Made by a program: the position numbers and the translations under genes
Assembly: GCA_047639475.1 (NCBI GenBank)
Contig: JBLIOD010000006.1
Coordinates: 13,335-77,334, forward strand
From: Gammaproteobacteria bacterium
GTDB lineage: Bacteria; Pseudomonadota; Gammaproteobacteria; Arenicellales; Poriferihabitantaceae
DNA: 64,000 nt
Direction: 5' to 3'
In this document: positions 40,811 through 53,698 of the stretch, piece after piece
Numbering within the stretch: position 1 is the first letter of the stretch
Layout: the number at the start of each line of letters is the position of its first letter
Notes under the pieces: generated by a model
What the model was told of the DNA's origin: nothing
Seen by the model: the letters and a program-made list of their open reading frames with translations, nothing else
Database searches by the model: none

Positions 40811-41536
40811 TTATTTCTTAAGAATGACTTTTTTCCGAGGCGACAACGTTACCTCATCCACCACGGTCTCGATCGGCGCATCTACTAAATGCGCCACCAG
40901 ACCTCCAATCGTATTTGGATCGATCGAATTCATCTCATTCTCTCCTGGCTGAAAATGTAAGCCATCAAAAAATGGCGTATTCACCATGCCCGGATTGATA
41001 ATCGTCGCCCTCACCCCTGAAGTACCGCACTCCTCATTTAACGCTTGTACAAAACCGCGCAAGCCGAATTTAGAAGCACAATAAATTGTGCCTTGCCTCC
41101 CACCTCTTAATGCGGCTTCCGACCCCATGTAAATCAAGATAGCACTATTTTGCTGTTTAAACTGATTGATCAACTGTTTAGTCAAAACAATTTGACTGGT
41201 TAGATTAAGGTCAATTTGATCTCTAATTTGTTGAGTAGACAGCTGCTCTAAAAAACCAAACTTACCTGCGCCCGCACAAAATACGGTGCCCAAAAAACCG
41301 CCTTTTTGTTGCCCTAAGGCTTTCAGCTTTTTGGCGTCATGCTCTATTTGACTAATGTTCGACAAGTCCATGTCAAACCCGCTAAACCGAGGATGATCAA
41401 TTGTTTGTGTGCTGATATTACGTGACACACCTATCACCTCGTGCCCTGCTTTGAGCAAAGCATAACTGACCGCACGGCCTATACCGCTACTCGCGCCGGT
41501 AACGAGAAACAGTTTAGTCTCAGTTGCCTTTGTCAT
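40811..41536 (-). CDS. SDR-family oxidoreductase
   Basis: TGASSGIGRA cofactor motif and YxxxK (YCASKFG). Confidence 0.88.
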   Translation of the reverse strand: MTKATETKLFLVTGASSGIGRAVSYALLKAGHEVIGVSRNISTQTIDHPRFSGFDMDLSNISQIEHDAKKLKALGQQKGGFLGTVFCAGAGKFGFLEQLSTQQIRDQIDLNLTSQIVLTKQLINQFKQQNSAILIYMGSEAALRGGRQGTIYCASKFGLRGFVQALNEECGTSGVRATIINPGMVNTPFFDGLHFQPGENEMNSIDPNTIGGLVAHLVDAPIETVVDEVTLSPRKKVILKK

Positions 41537-41548
41537 TGACTCGGCTGC

Positions 41549-43216
<1,668 letters not shown>

Positions 43217-43224
<8 letters not shown>

Positions 43225-44524
43225 TGTTTTTTTTCGCGTTGAGGTTAAGGTCAGATAAGCGGGCTAATTTCTGCGCTATTTTTATTTCTAAGCCAGAATC
43301 CACCGGGTGATAAAGCTGTTGTTCCCCCAATTCGTTCGGAAAATAGTTTTGGCCTGCGCTGAATCGCTCGGGCTCATTGTGGGAGTATCGATATTCTTTG
43401 CCATGCCCCATCGATTTAGCCAATTGGGTCGGCGCGTTCCGTAAGTGTTCCGGTACCGCTGCTGCGGGTGTCGATTTAGCTTCAGCCAACGCACTGTTAG
43501 CGGCCATATAAACAGCATTGCTTTTCGGTGCGGCGGCCAAATAAGCGACGGCTTGCATAATAGCGAGTTCACCTTCAGGAGATCCTAAACGGTCAAAGGC
43601 CTGCCAAGCATCGATGCTCAATGATAATGCGCGCGGGTCGGCATTACCTATGTCTTCACTCGCAATGCGTACTATGCGGCGCATTAAGTAATGTGGGTCA
43701 ACGCCGCCTTCGATCATTCTTGCTGCCCAATATAACGAGCCATCGACGCTAGAGCCTCTGACTGATTTGTGCAAGGCTGAAATTTGATCGTAGAAGTGAT
43801 CACCCGCTTTATCAAATTGCCCCATGCGACGGGTCACCACCAAAGCCACGTGACGGGCCTTGATGGTGTTATCTGGATCTTGTGAGGCGAGATCAGCGGC
43901 CGTTTCTAAAAAGCCTAGACAACGTCTTGCATCGCCGTCGCTGGATTCTACCAACGCTTCGGCTGCTTCATCTTCTATTTGCAATGCCAGCTCCGCTAAG
44001 CCGTTTGAGTGCAGTAGTGTTCTATCGATCAATTGACGCATATCAAGCGCTGAAATGGCTTGCAGCACGTACACCCTAGCGCGAGACAACAAAGCGTTAT
44101 TAAGTTCAAAAGCCGGGTTTTCGGTAGTGGCCCCTATTAGCACGATGGTGCCGTCCTCCACATGCGGTAAAAAGGTATCTTGTTGGCTCTTATTAAATCG
44201 GTGCACTTCGTCGATGAACAACACTGTCTGCTTATCATAGGCCCGATTAGTCGTGGCGACTTCTATCACCTGGCGAATATCTTTCACCCCACTACCCACA
44301 GCAGAGAGCGTGTAAAAATCGGCATCAGCGCCGTGCGCTGTTATGCGAGCCAAGGTGGTTTTACCGGTGCCCGGAGGCCCCCAAAGCACCATTGAATGTA
44401 GGTGCTTTCCAGTCAGGGCGCGATATAAAGGTTGCTCGGGTTTGAGTAAATGAGTTTGACCGACCACCTCGTCAACCGAAGCAGGCCTCATCCTTTCGGC
44501 TAACGGGATTTTCCAATCGGTCAT
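43217..44524 (-). CDS. rarA: replication-associated recombination protein A (RarA/MgsA)
   Basis: AAA+ Walker A GPPGTGKTT, Walker B FIDEVHRFNK, and a MgsA C-terminal domain. Confidence 0.95.
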
Positions 44525-44574
44525 CTAAAAACGGGGTTGCCTAATTAGTGCGAGCTATGTGATTTGCTCAGGAG

Positions 44575-45195
44575 TTATTGCGTTTCATCAATGACATCGA
44601 CACCAGGCTCAGGGGCGAACGTAAATTGATCGCCCGGCAAAGAAAAGTTTTCAGTGCCATTGCGAAAATTTATTCGAGTGGTTTGGCCTAAGTTGTCAAG
44701 TAATTCCATGATACTCATGCGCTGATTCAAGAAGGCGATACGTATTTGTTCAAAGCTAGTCTCACTTGATTTTGGGGTCACTTTAATCCACTGGAACCCC
44801 CCCTGTAGACCCACTTCTTCTAAACCATAGTCGTCACCAATATCCGCACCACCCGACAACAAGATAGCGGGGGACTGTCCCAATGCCAATTGTTGGTCAC
44901 GTACAATGACTTGTTTTAATTCAAGATCATAAATCCAAACCTTGTTACCGTCTCCTACAATCTGTTGCTCTAACGGAGGCGCGTAATCCCAACGAAACTT
45001 GCCTGGTCGTAAAATGGACAAGGTTCCAGAAGCTTCATCGATTTGCCGTAATTCTTCATCCAAAACAACTTGGTCAAAATCAGCTGTGTAAGTGCTTACT
45101 TGATTGAGAAAGCGATTTAACAGGCGTTCACCCTCTTGGGCCAAGCCAATGTTTGACATCAGCAATAAACTGATAAGCAAGGTTTTTTGTAACAT
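44575..45195 (-). CDS. lolA: outer-membrane lipoprotein chaperone LolA
   Basis: 206 aa, signal peptide, LolA-like sequence, and the conserved lolA-rarA-serS order. Confidence 0.9.
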   Translation of the reverse strand: MLQKTLLISLLLMSNIGLAQEGERLLNRFLNQVSTYTADFDQVVLDEELRQIDEASGTLSILRPGKFRWDYAPPLEQQIVGDGNKVWIYDLELKQVIVRDQQLALGQSPAILLSGGADIGDDYGLEEVGLQGGFQWIKVTPKSSETSFEQIRIAFLNQRMSIMELLDNLGQTTRINFRNGTENFSLPGDQFTFAPEPGVDVIDETQ

Positions 45196-45363
45196 AGAAA
45201 TTAATGCGGTTCTGATTATTTAGGATGAAGTTTTTGGGTGACAGCTATTGGCATATATTAACGGAGTCTAACTTACCTATGCATTAACCCACTAGAAAGG
45301 TGGATTAACACACCCCAAGGGCTTGGTTCGCTGGGTATACTGGTTAAAGGAGATAGTGAAACA

Positions 45364-46173
45364 CTAAAGCCGTTGCAATTTTTTGGGTATCGATAATTTC
45401 CCTAAAGTCTTTGCGCTATTTTGGCTGGACGATGCGGCAGTATTTGCTTGAGCAAGCTTCGCGGCTTCCCTAGATGCTTTAAGTCGCTTTACTCTCAAAC
45501 GTTGTTGCACTTGTTTTTCGCTTAATTCCGTTGATTGCGCTAAAGAGGCGTCATTCGCCGTAGCGTCGTAAGAATCTGGCTCTTCTTTTGAATAATAGAC
45601 GGCCTCATTGGTCGATGCCATCTCAACCGATTCGTCCATTAAATTTATCAGACTGCTATTTGGTAATTGTTGTGATAATTCCAAGGACTTACGCTTCATC
45701 TTGACTGACTCAATCTGGCCGTTTCTATCTACCAATACTTCACCAGGAAGTACTTGATGCAATATCGCACCGGTATCACCTATGGCCTCCCCCACAGCCA
45801 GTACCGCTGTTTTTCCGGGCTTTATTTCTATCATCGCAAACCCTGATTCAGGTGTAGCCCCATCAATCACACCTGTTAACCGGATGTTTAACTTAGTTTT
45901 AGGTGCAGCCGGCTTTGGCTTCTCGACGACGGCCTTTGGTGCGGATGTTACTTTGGGTATTTCCCCCATGATATGCGCCTGAACCACTTTCTGTATATCA
46001 GCCTCTAAAGGCGCCGCCGCTTGCGTAGGTAGATCACTAAACAAATAGTCATTGCTACCAGCGACAGCTAAGAAGTGCTTCTTATAGATGTGTAACCCCA
46101 CCAGTACCAGCAAGGCTAGCGCGATCGCTAATGCAAACCAGTTTATTGTTTTAGTGAGTTGGGCATGGGACAT
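45364..46173 (-). CDS. membrane-anchored protein with GspC-like HR domain (no PDZ domain seen)
   Basis: N-terminal TM segment (WFALAIALALLVLVGL). A central segment IRLTGVIDG...AMIEIKPGKTAVLAVGEAIGDTGAILHQVLPGEVLVDRNG resembles the T2SS GspC HR module. The tail is charged and low-complexity. Confidence 0.35.
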   Translation of the reverse strand: MSHAQLTKTINWFALAIALALLVLVGLHIYKKHFLAVAGSNDYLFSDLPTQAAAPLEADIQKVVQAHIMGEIPKVTSAPKAVVEKPKPAAPKTKLNIRLTGVIDGATPESGFAMIEIKPGKTAVLAVGEAIGDTGAILHQVLPGEVLVDRNGQIESVKMKRKSLELSQQLPNSSLINLMDESVEMASTNEAVYYSKEEPDSYDATANDASLAQSTELSEKQVQQRLRVKRLKASREAAKLAQANTAASSSQNSAKTLGKLSIPKKLQRL

Positions 46174-46407
46174 GTTTCAATTTTACCTGATTTACCGCCC
46201 TAAGAACCAGAAAAACTCTTGTTTGAAGTAATGCAGAAAACCGTACCTTCCTAAAGTTTAAGTCATTTATAACAAGCATTTAACAAGATCATTACCCCGA
46301 CAAACTGCGTTCGGCATTTAGACAAAGTTAAGCCTAAAGTCAGCTCCATAATGCTGGGGTATCGAACTAGGCTTGATAAATATTTAGTTTTCACCGAAAC
46401 TGAGACG

Positions 46408-47175
46408 ATGCGATTTATCGACTCTCATATCCACCTAGACTTTAAAGCGCTAGATTCGCGTCGCTTTGACTTAATGGCCAGCGCAGAGGAAGCTGGTGTA
46501 GATCGTTATATCGTACCCGCCACAATGCAACCTAGTTGGGCCGTTATCGACGCCTTACAAAACACCCATAGAGAGGTATCCGCCGCTTACGGCTTACACC
46601 CCTACTTTATCGACTCCCACCGGCACGAACACTTAGAAGAATTACACGATTATTTAAGTATGCCCAACAACGCCGTTGCAGTGGGCGAAATTGGCTTAGA
46701 TTTCTGCCTTGCTGAATTGGACCGAGTTAAGCAACGAGATTTTTTCAAGGCGCAGTTAATGCTTGCGCACCAATTTACTTTACCCGTCATTTTGCATGTT
46801 AGAAAAGCTGTAGATGACATTATCCAGTGTTGCCGCGAAGCAAACATTGTAGGGGGCATCGCACATAGTTATAACGGCAGTCTGCAGCAAGCCAAGCAAT
46901 TGCTAGCAATAAATATCAAGCTGGGATTTGGCGGTGCCATCACCTACTCGCGAGCTAAGCGATTGCATCAGTTAATTCGCGATCTCCCTCTCTGCGCGTT
47001 GTGCATTGAAACTGACGCACCAGATCAAAGTGTTTTCCGATTAAATGGCCGAGTAAATGAGCCTGCAGCCTTAATCGATGTATTTAACGTCATATGTGAT
47101 CTGCGCCCGGAACCCCCTGACGAAATTGCCGCCGCGTTGTACCAAAACACAACAGCTGTTTTAGCGCTGAACTAA
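46408..47175 (+). CDS. TatD-family metal-dependent hydrolase
   Basis: MRFIDSHIHLDF... at the N-terminus, then GEIGLD and ...HVR... motifs. The start was trimmed to the ATG at 46408. Confidence 0.85.
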   Translation: MRFIDSHIHLDFKALDSRRFDLMASAEEAGVDRYIVPATMQPSWAVIDALQNTHREVSAAYGLHPYFIDSHRHEHLEELHDYLSMPNNAVAVGEIGLDFCLAELDRVKQRDFFKAQLMLAHQFTLPVILHVRKAVDDIIQCCREANIVGGIAHSYNGSLQQAKQLLAINIKLGFGGAITYSRAKRLHQLIRDLPLCALCIETDAPDQSVFRLNGRVNEPAALIDVFNVICDLRPEPPDEIAAALYQNTTAVLALN

Positions 47176-47275
47176 AGGCAAAAGAATCCAATTTATTGCA
47201 CTTCAAGCATTAAAACCTCAACAGTAGATTGTTAGATTCCTGCTTCTTTATTCTTAGCTCAAAGCCCACTGCATA

Positions 47276-48565
<1,290 letters not shown>

Positions 48566-48570
48566 ACACC

Positions 48571-49359
48571 CTAACCAGAATACATGGTCATCGATGGTGA
48601 ATTGTTTTCAATCCGTCGAATTAACGGTGATTTAGCCTTCAGTGGCTCGGGGAGCTTAGCCCGTGCGCTAGCTGCTTGGTCTTCTGTGTCGAATACCCCG
48701 TAGAAAACGGCATACCATGGTTCATTCTTCGATAAATAATAGAAATACGGTTGATCCAACTCATCGAAAATTGACAAATTGTCTATATATTTTTCCACCT
48801 GCGCAAAGCCCTGCACGCTGACCAGTTGTACCGTGTAAGCAATGGGCCGATTGGTGGTCTCAACCAAGTTATCGGCCTCAGCACTAGGCGTTAGGGCAAG
48901 TGTTTGTGCTAAAAGGCTTTGCTCTCGCTGTGCTAAATTTTCCACTTTAGCATTACTTCGTTGCAACTGTGCAGTGGTTTCTGCAAACTCATCTTTTAAC
49001 TGCTTTAGAGCTTTAATGAGTTCCATCTGCAATGCTTCAGATTTTTTTATGGCTTGGCGTTGCGCTTCGATCTGCGCATTGGTTTGTGCTAACTCGGCAG
49101 TTGACTTGAGCACCTCTTGCTTACTTTGCTCTATTTTGGGCAAATCTGCCGTTGCAGTCGAATTGCTGTTGCTAAAGTCATGCACAATAGACTGCGTTGG
49201 CATCTGAGTTTTTACTAGCGTTGACTCATTAAACGAAGTTGTCGACTCACCGCCGAATAACCACAATGCCAGCAATAAACAAGCGCCGATACAGGCAAAT
49301 AAAATCACGACAAAGCTTGGACTTCTAGCCGCACCCACTTGGAGTAGTGGGTTTTTCAT
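48571..49359 (-). CDS. SPOR domain-containing protein (coiled-coil, membrane-anchored)
   Basis: N-terminal TM segment, a Gln/Ala-rich coiled-coil, and a C-terminal SPOR-like domain (YTVQLVSVQGF...WYAVFYGVFDTEDQAASARAKLP). Confidence 0.7.
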   Translation of the reverse strand: MKNPLLQVGAARSPSFVVILFACIGACLLLALWLFGGESTTSFNESTLVKTQMPTQSIVHDFSNSNSTATADLPKIEQSKQEVLKSTAELAQTNAQIEAQRQAIKKSEALQMELIKALKQLKDEFAETTAQLQRSNAKVENLAQREQSLLAQTLALTPSAEADNLVETTNRPIAYTVQLVSVQGFAQVEKYIDNLSIFDELDQPYFYYLSKNEPWYAVFYGVFDTEDQAASARAKLPEPLKAKSPLIRRIENNSPSMTMYSG

Positions 49360-49424
49360 CGATCATTTTCCATGTTAAAGCCCATTTAGGTTCTTGAAAG
49401 CCTCTACAAGTAAAATGATTGAGT

Positions 49425-49465
49425 TAAAAAGCCGCACACATAAACCAAGTTTAAACCGTGCGGCT
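49425..49465 (-). terminator. possible intrinsic terminator downstream of the first SulP gene
   Basis: On the minus strand: AGCCGCAC, a 20-nt loop, GTGCGGCT, then TTTTT. The long loop makes this weak. Confidence 0.35.
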
Positions 49466-49508
49466 GATCGATCATAGCCCTTCTTTACTCACTTACTTTA
49501 ACAATTTT

Positions 49509-51095
49509 TTACTCTGATGGGCTGACCTTTGCATAGGCTTTCGCGTTAATTTCCTCAACCTCAGCAGCACTTAAGCCAGCTGCCACGGAATATACTGGGT
49601 CTTCAATCACGTTTACTTCTACTAAATTACCCGCTTTTTTCAGTAATAGTCGACACTCGGGGCTTAAATGACGAAGATGGAGTTGCTTACCTGCCCTTTC
49701 GTATCTAACCGCCAACGCGTCAATCGCTTCAATAGCTGAATGATCAGCCACACGGGAATTTTTGAAATCAATAATGACATCGTCGCTATCTTCCCGAGGG
49801 GTAAATAACTGCTGGAAATTATGCGTTGAGGCGAAAAATAAGGGACCCGATAATTCATATATCTTGGTGCCCGAGGCATCTACAGATGACTCCACATTAA
49901 TTATCTTGGCGTGACTCCATGCGAACACCAGCGCGGACAAAATCACACCCAAAATAACTGCCACCGCTAAATCAGTCAACACCGTGGTAACGGTAACGGC
50001 CAAGGTAATTAAAATATCACTCATCGGTACTTTACCGACTAAGCGCAAGCTAGACCATTTAAAAGTACCGATAACTACCATGAACATGACACCTACTAAC
50101 ACCGCAATAGGGATTTGCTCAATCAACGGCGCCCCAACTAAGATGATCAGCAATAAAACAACGGCAGCGGTAATACCAGATAACCGGCCCCGACCACCAG
50201 ATTTAATGTTAATGATGCTTTGACCCACCATTGCGCAACCGCCCATTCCACCGAATAACCCGGTTACAAAGTTGGCAAAGCCCTGCGCCCAACTTTCTCG
50301 ATTCGCTTGTCCGCGTGTATCCGTTAAGGCGTCAACGAGATTTAAGGTTAGCAAACTTTCAATTAACCCCACTAGCGCCATCACCACTGAGTAGGGCAAC
50401 ACAATTAAAAATGTCTCAAAATTGAAAGGAACCTGAGGAATATGAAAGCGGGGTAAATTACCCGAAACTGACGCGATATCTCCCACGGTACGGGTGTCTA
50501 GTTCCATAAAAATGACTGCCAAACTGATAACCACTATCGCCACCAAGGTAGACGGAATGGCGGTGGTTAACAAGGGCAAAAACTGGATTATAGCCATCGT
50601 GATCACAGCCAGTAACAACATGACCATCAGAGGTGTTCCCGATATCCATTGCGAGATGCCCGCTGCATCTTCAAATTGAAACTGCTTGAGTTGGGCAATA
50701 AAGATCACCAGAGCCAAGCCATTCACGAACCCCAAGAATACCGGATGTGGCACCAAACGAATGAACTTGCCCAGCCTAAGTACGCCAAACATCATTTGTA
50801 ACACACCCATCACCACCACAGACGCAAACATATATTCAACGCCGTGCTGCAAAATTAGACCAATCATCACAACTGCAATAGCACCAGTAGCACCCGAAAT
50901 CATACCGGGACGCCCGCCCAACATGGCAGTTATTAAGCCCATAAAGAAGGCCGCATATAAACCCACTAAAGGATGCACTCCTGCGACAAGTGCAAAGGCA
51001 ACTGCTTCAGGAACCAAGGCCAGGGCGACGGTTATACCAGACAAAATATCTAGCTTCACATTAGTAGGGCGGTTTTGGGCAATCAGCTCAAACAT
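49509..51095 (-). CDS. SulP-family anion transporter with C-terminal STAS domain
   Basis: 528 aa with a multi-TM SulP core and a STAS domain (IIDFKNSRVADHSAIEAIDAL). Confidence 0.9.
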   Translation of the reverse strand: MFELIAQNRPTNVKLDILSGITVALALVPEAVAFALVAGVHPLVGLYAAFFMGLITAMLGGRPGMISGATGAIAVVMIGLILQHGVEYMFASVVVMGVLQMMFGVLRLGKFIRLVPHPVFLGFVNGLALVIFIAQLKQFQFEDAAGISQWISGTPLMVMLLLAVITMAIIQFLPLLTTAIPSTLVAIVVISLAVIFMELDTRTVGDIASVSGNLPRFHIPQVPFNFETFLIVLPYSVVMALVGLIESLLTLNLVDALTDTRGQANRESWAQGFANFVTGLFGGMGGCAMVGQSIINIKSGGRGRLSGITAAVVLLLIILVGAPLIEQIPIAVLVGVMFMVVIGTFKWSSLRLVGKVPMSDILITLAVTVTTVLTDLAVAVILGVILSALVFAWSHAKIINVESSVDASGTKIYELSGPLFFASTHNFQQLFTPREDSDDVIIDFKNSRVADHSAIEAIDALAVRYERAGKQLHLRHLSPECRLLLKKAGNLVEVNVIEDPVYSVAAGLSAAEVEEINAKAYAKVSPSE

Positions 51096-51461
51096 AGGTT
51101 TTCAAGTGGGTACAAAAAAGAGCAGCGATTCTTCCACATGTGCCCTCGCTTAACCACCCTTAAATCCACCTAAATCGGCACAAGAGGGCGTTAACTCATA
51201 GATCTTTACCCTCACCCAACTCAAATGCACGAATAAGGGGGTTCAGTAACAACCCAATCACGGTTAACACCTCTTATCAGGTCGATCCTTAGAGTAAGGA
51301 AAGGCTCGTATAAAAGTGTTTAACAACGTGTAATTCGTGCAACAACATTGCCACTCAATTAATAAGCTAGACTTTGCCTGAATGACACTAATTTTATTAG
51401 CCTTAGGTGATTTTCAGGCGTACTATTGCGCCACTTTTTTGAGACATCAAACATCGCCGAA

Positions 51462-53231
51462 ATGGATAGCATCTTAATCCGTCTTTTTCCATTCATTAGT
51501 TGGTTACGCAGCTATAACATTGAGACACTAAAAGCCGATTTTCTGGCGGGCATGACAGGTGCTGTCATCGTGTTACCACAAGGTGTTGCCTTCGCGACCA
51601 TTGCAGGATTACCGCCTGTTTATGGCCTCTATACCGCGATGGTCACCCCCATTATTGCGGCATTATTTGGCTCGTCGTTGCATTTGGTGTCTGGCCCAAC
51701 CACGGCAATTTCAATCGTGGTGTTCTCTTTGATCAGCGTCCACGCTGAGCCGGGCTCAGCGCAATTTGTCAGCTTGGCTATCACCCTCACGTTTCTAGTA
51801 GGCATCTACCAGTTGGCTTTTGGCTTAGCGCGTATGGGCACTTTGGTAAATTTTGTCTCGCATACCGTGGTGATCGCTTTCACTGCTGGCGCTGCAATAC
51901 TTATTTTTACCAGTCAAATAAAGTACGTACTCGACATATACATTCCCAAAGGCGAGTCATTTTTACACACCTGGCGCGATTTATGGTTAGGCTTAACCGA
52001 CACCAATTTAGCGGCGCTAGCAGTGGGCATTATTACGCTAGTGATTGCGGTGGTGATGAAAAAGGTATGGCGCCAATCACCGAACCTGTTAGTTGCACTG
52101 ATCGTTGGCTCTTTGGTCGCCATGTTCATGGGCGGCGCAGATAGCGGCATTAAAATGGTCGAGGAAATCCCCGCACAACTTCCGCCTCTTTCCACACCAG
52201 ATTTATCTTTTGCGACACTCAAAATGTTGGCGCCGGCTGCTTTTGCCGTTGCGCTGTTAGGCTTGATAGAAGCCGTTTCAATCAGTCGCTCTATTGCTTC
52301 CAAAACAAACCAACGAATTCAGCCCAGCCAAGAATTTGTCGGTCAAGGCTTATCGAATATTGTCGGCAGTTTTTTCTCGAGCTATGCAGGTTCGGGGTCT
52401 TTCACACGGTCAGGAGTGAATTATGCTGCGGGCGCGCAAACGCCCATGTCAGCTATTTTTGCGGCCTTATTGTTAATGCTAATCGTATTATTGGTAGCCC
52501 CGTTGGCCACTTACATTCCCATACCCGCAATGGCAGGTGTGATATTGGTTGTGGCCTACAATTTAATTGATCGTGGGCAAATTAAACACGTCATTCGCAG
52601 CAGTAGAAACGAAACCGCTATTTTGCTGGTGACGTTTTTGTCGACTTTGTTCTTAGACTTAGAGTTCGCCATTTATATTGGCGTACTCCTGTCCTTGGTA
52701 TTTTTCTTAGCAAAAACAGCCACCCCTGATGTGGTGACACTCGCACCGGACATAGACGACCAAGATAACAACAAAAACGTATTAGTGGATGCTGCTAGAA
52801 AAGAACTGCCGCAGTGTCCGCAACTTAAGATTATCCGTATAGATATGTCTATCTACTTCGGTTCACTTAATTATGTGCAATCAAAAATGGCACAAGTGGT
52901 TGAGGAGCAAGGTATCCGGCATATCCTTATCGTTGGAACCGGTATCAATTTTATTGATTTAAGTGGCGAAGAGATGCTCGCTAACGAAGCTCACCGTTTG
53001 GAAAAACTAGGTGGCGGTCTGTATTTTACTGATTTAAAACCCAGTGTATTGAAGTTCTTAGAGCAATGCCATTTCATTGAAGAACTGGGTAATACACATT
53101 TCTTTGAACGTAAAAGAGACGCCATCAAATTCATATACACGCAACTAAGTCGTACCAAGTGTAGTGAATGTACTTCCCAGGTTTTTGTGGAGTGTAAAGC
53201 TCCGCAAGCAACCAATTTACTGAACCACTAA
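51462..53231 (+). CDS. SulP-family anion transporter with C-terminal STAS domain
   Basis: About 589 aa from the ATG at 51462. It has the SulP signature region (LPQGVAFATIAGLPPVYGLYTA) and a STAS domain. The track start at 51426 is a TTG. Confidence 0.9.
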   Translation: MDSILIRLFPFISWLRSYNIETLKADFLAGMTGAVIVLPQGVAFATIAGLPPVYGLYTAMVTPIIAALFGSSLHLVSGPTTAISIVVFSLISVHAEPGSAQFVSLAITLTFLVGIYQLAFGLARMGTLVNFVSHTVVIAFTAGAAILIFTSQIKYVLDIYIPKGESFLHTWRDLWLGLTDTNLAALAVGIITLVIAVVMKKVWRQSPNLLVALIVGSLVAMFMGGADSGIKMVEEIPAQLPPLSTPDLSFATLKMLAPAAFAVALLGLIEAVSISRSIASKTNQRIQPSQEFVGQGLSNIVGSFFSSYAGSGSFTRSGVNYAAGAQTPMSAIFAALLLMLIVLLVAPLATYIPIPAMAGVILVVAYNLIDRGQIKHVIRSSRNETAILLVTFLSTLFLDLEFAIYIGVLLSLVFFLAKTATPDVVTLAPDIDDQDNNKNVLVDAARKELPQCPQLKIIRIDMSIYFGSLNYVQSKMAQVVEEQGIRHILIVGTGINFIDLSGEEMLANEAHRLEKLGGGLYFTDLKPSVLKFLEQCHFIEELGNTHFFERKRDAIKFIYTQLSRTKCSECTSQVFVECKAPQATNLLNH

Positions 53232-53318
53232 ACGACTTAGCTTAGTGGTTCGTATCGGTTGGCATTTTATTCATCATAGAATCAGGCCAGTTTGCTTAGC
53301 CGCAAACCATCTATAACA

Positions 53319-53570
53319 CTAAGCAATCCAAAATGGTTTAGCCGTTTCTATTGCGACCTGTTTAGTCGTTACACCAATATCATCTCGCTGCTGCGCGGTA
53401 AGCAAAGAAAGATGATGCCGCTGCTTGCTTCGCTCATTCCAAATTTGAATCAATTTTAGAGGTGATTTAAAAAGGGTTTCGCTATACAACTCTTCTGCTG
53501 CTTGGCCCAAGTTTTTGGCTAGGCTTTCAGAATGGACATCATTGATGCATAAATTTTGATAATTTGACAT
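53319..53570 (-). CDS. DUF1127 domain-containing protein
   Basis: The C-terminal signature ...LLTAQQRDDIGVTTKQVAIETAKPFWIA matches the DUF1127 pattern (L..DIG....A..E..KPFW). Confidence 0.7.
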   Translation of the reverse strand: MSNYQNLCINDVHSESLAKNLGQAAEELYSETLFKSPLKLIQIWNERSKQRHHLSLLTAQQRDDIGVTTKQVAIETAKPFWIA

Positions 53571-53698
53571 ACTAAGCTCCTCGGTTAAAAATTGACTACA
53601 TTTCGTGACTTAATCACCTTGAAACCGTACTTTAAGCGACTAGATCGGTTTCGACAAACGACCATTTTTAATATTTAACATTAGTTTTTATTATCCGA

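Noticed and set aside
50686-51153. Long ORFs antisense to real genes, for example 50686-51153, 62917-63342, 63539-63904, 30473-30772, 1531-1866, 19877-20233 and 38622-38957.
   Set aside because: Each lies fully inside a strongly supported gene on the other strand. They have low-complexity or skewed composition (Ala/Ser/Pro/Leu-rich), no RBS and no recognisable motif. These are typical shadow ORFs.
51096-51461. Known riboswitch or small ORF in the SulP-SulP spacer.
   Set aside because: No motif could be matched from memory and there is no ORF with an RBS. It is kept only as part of the SulP-pair finding, pending an Rfam scan.
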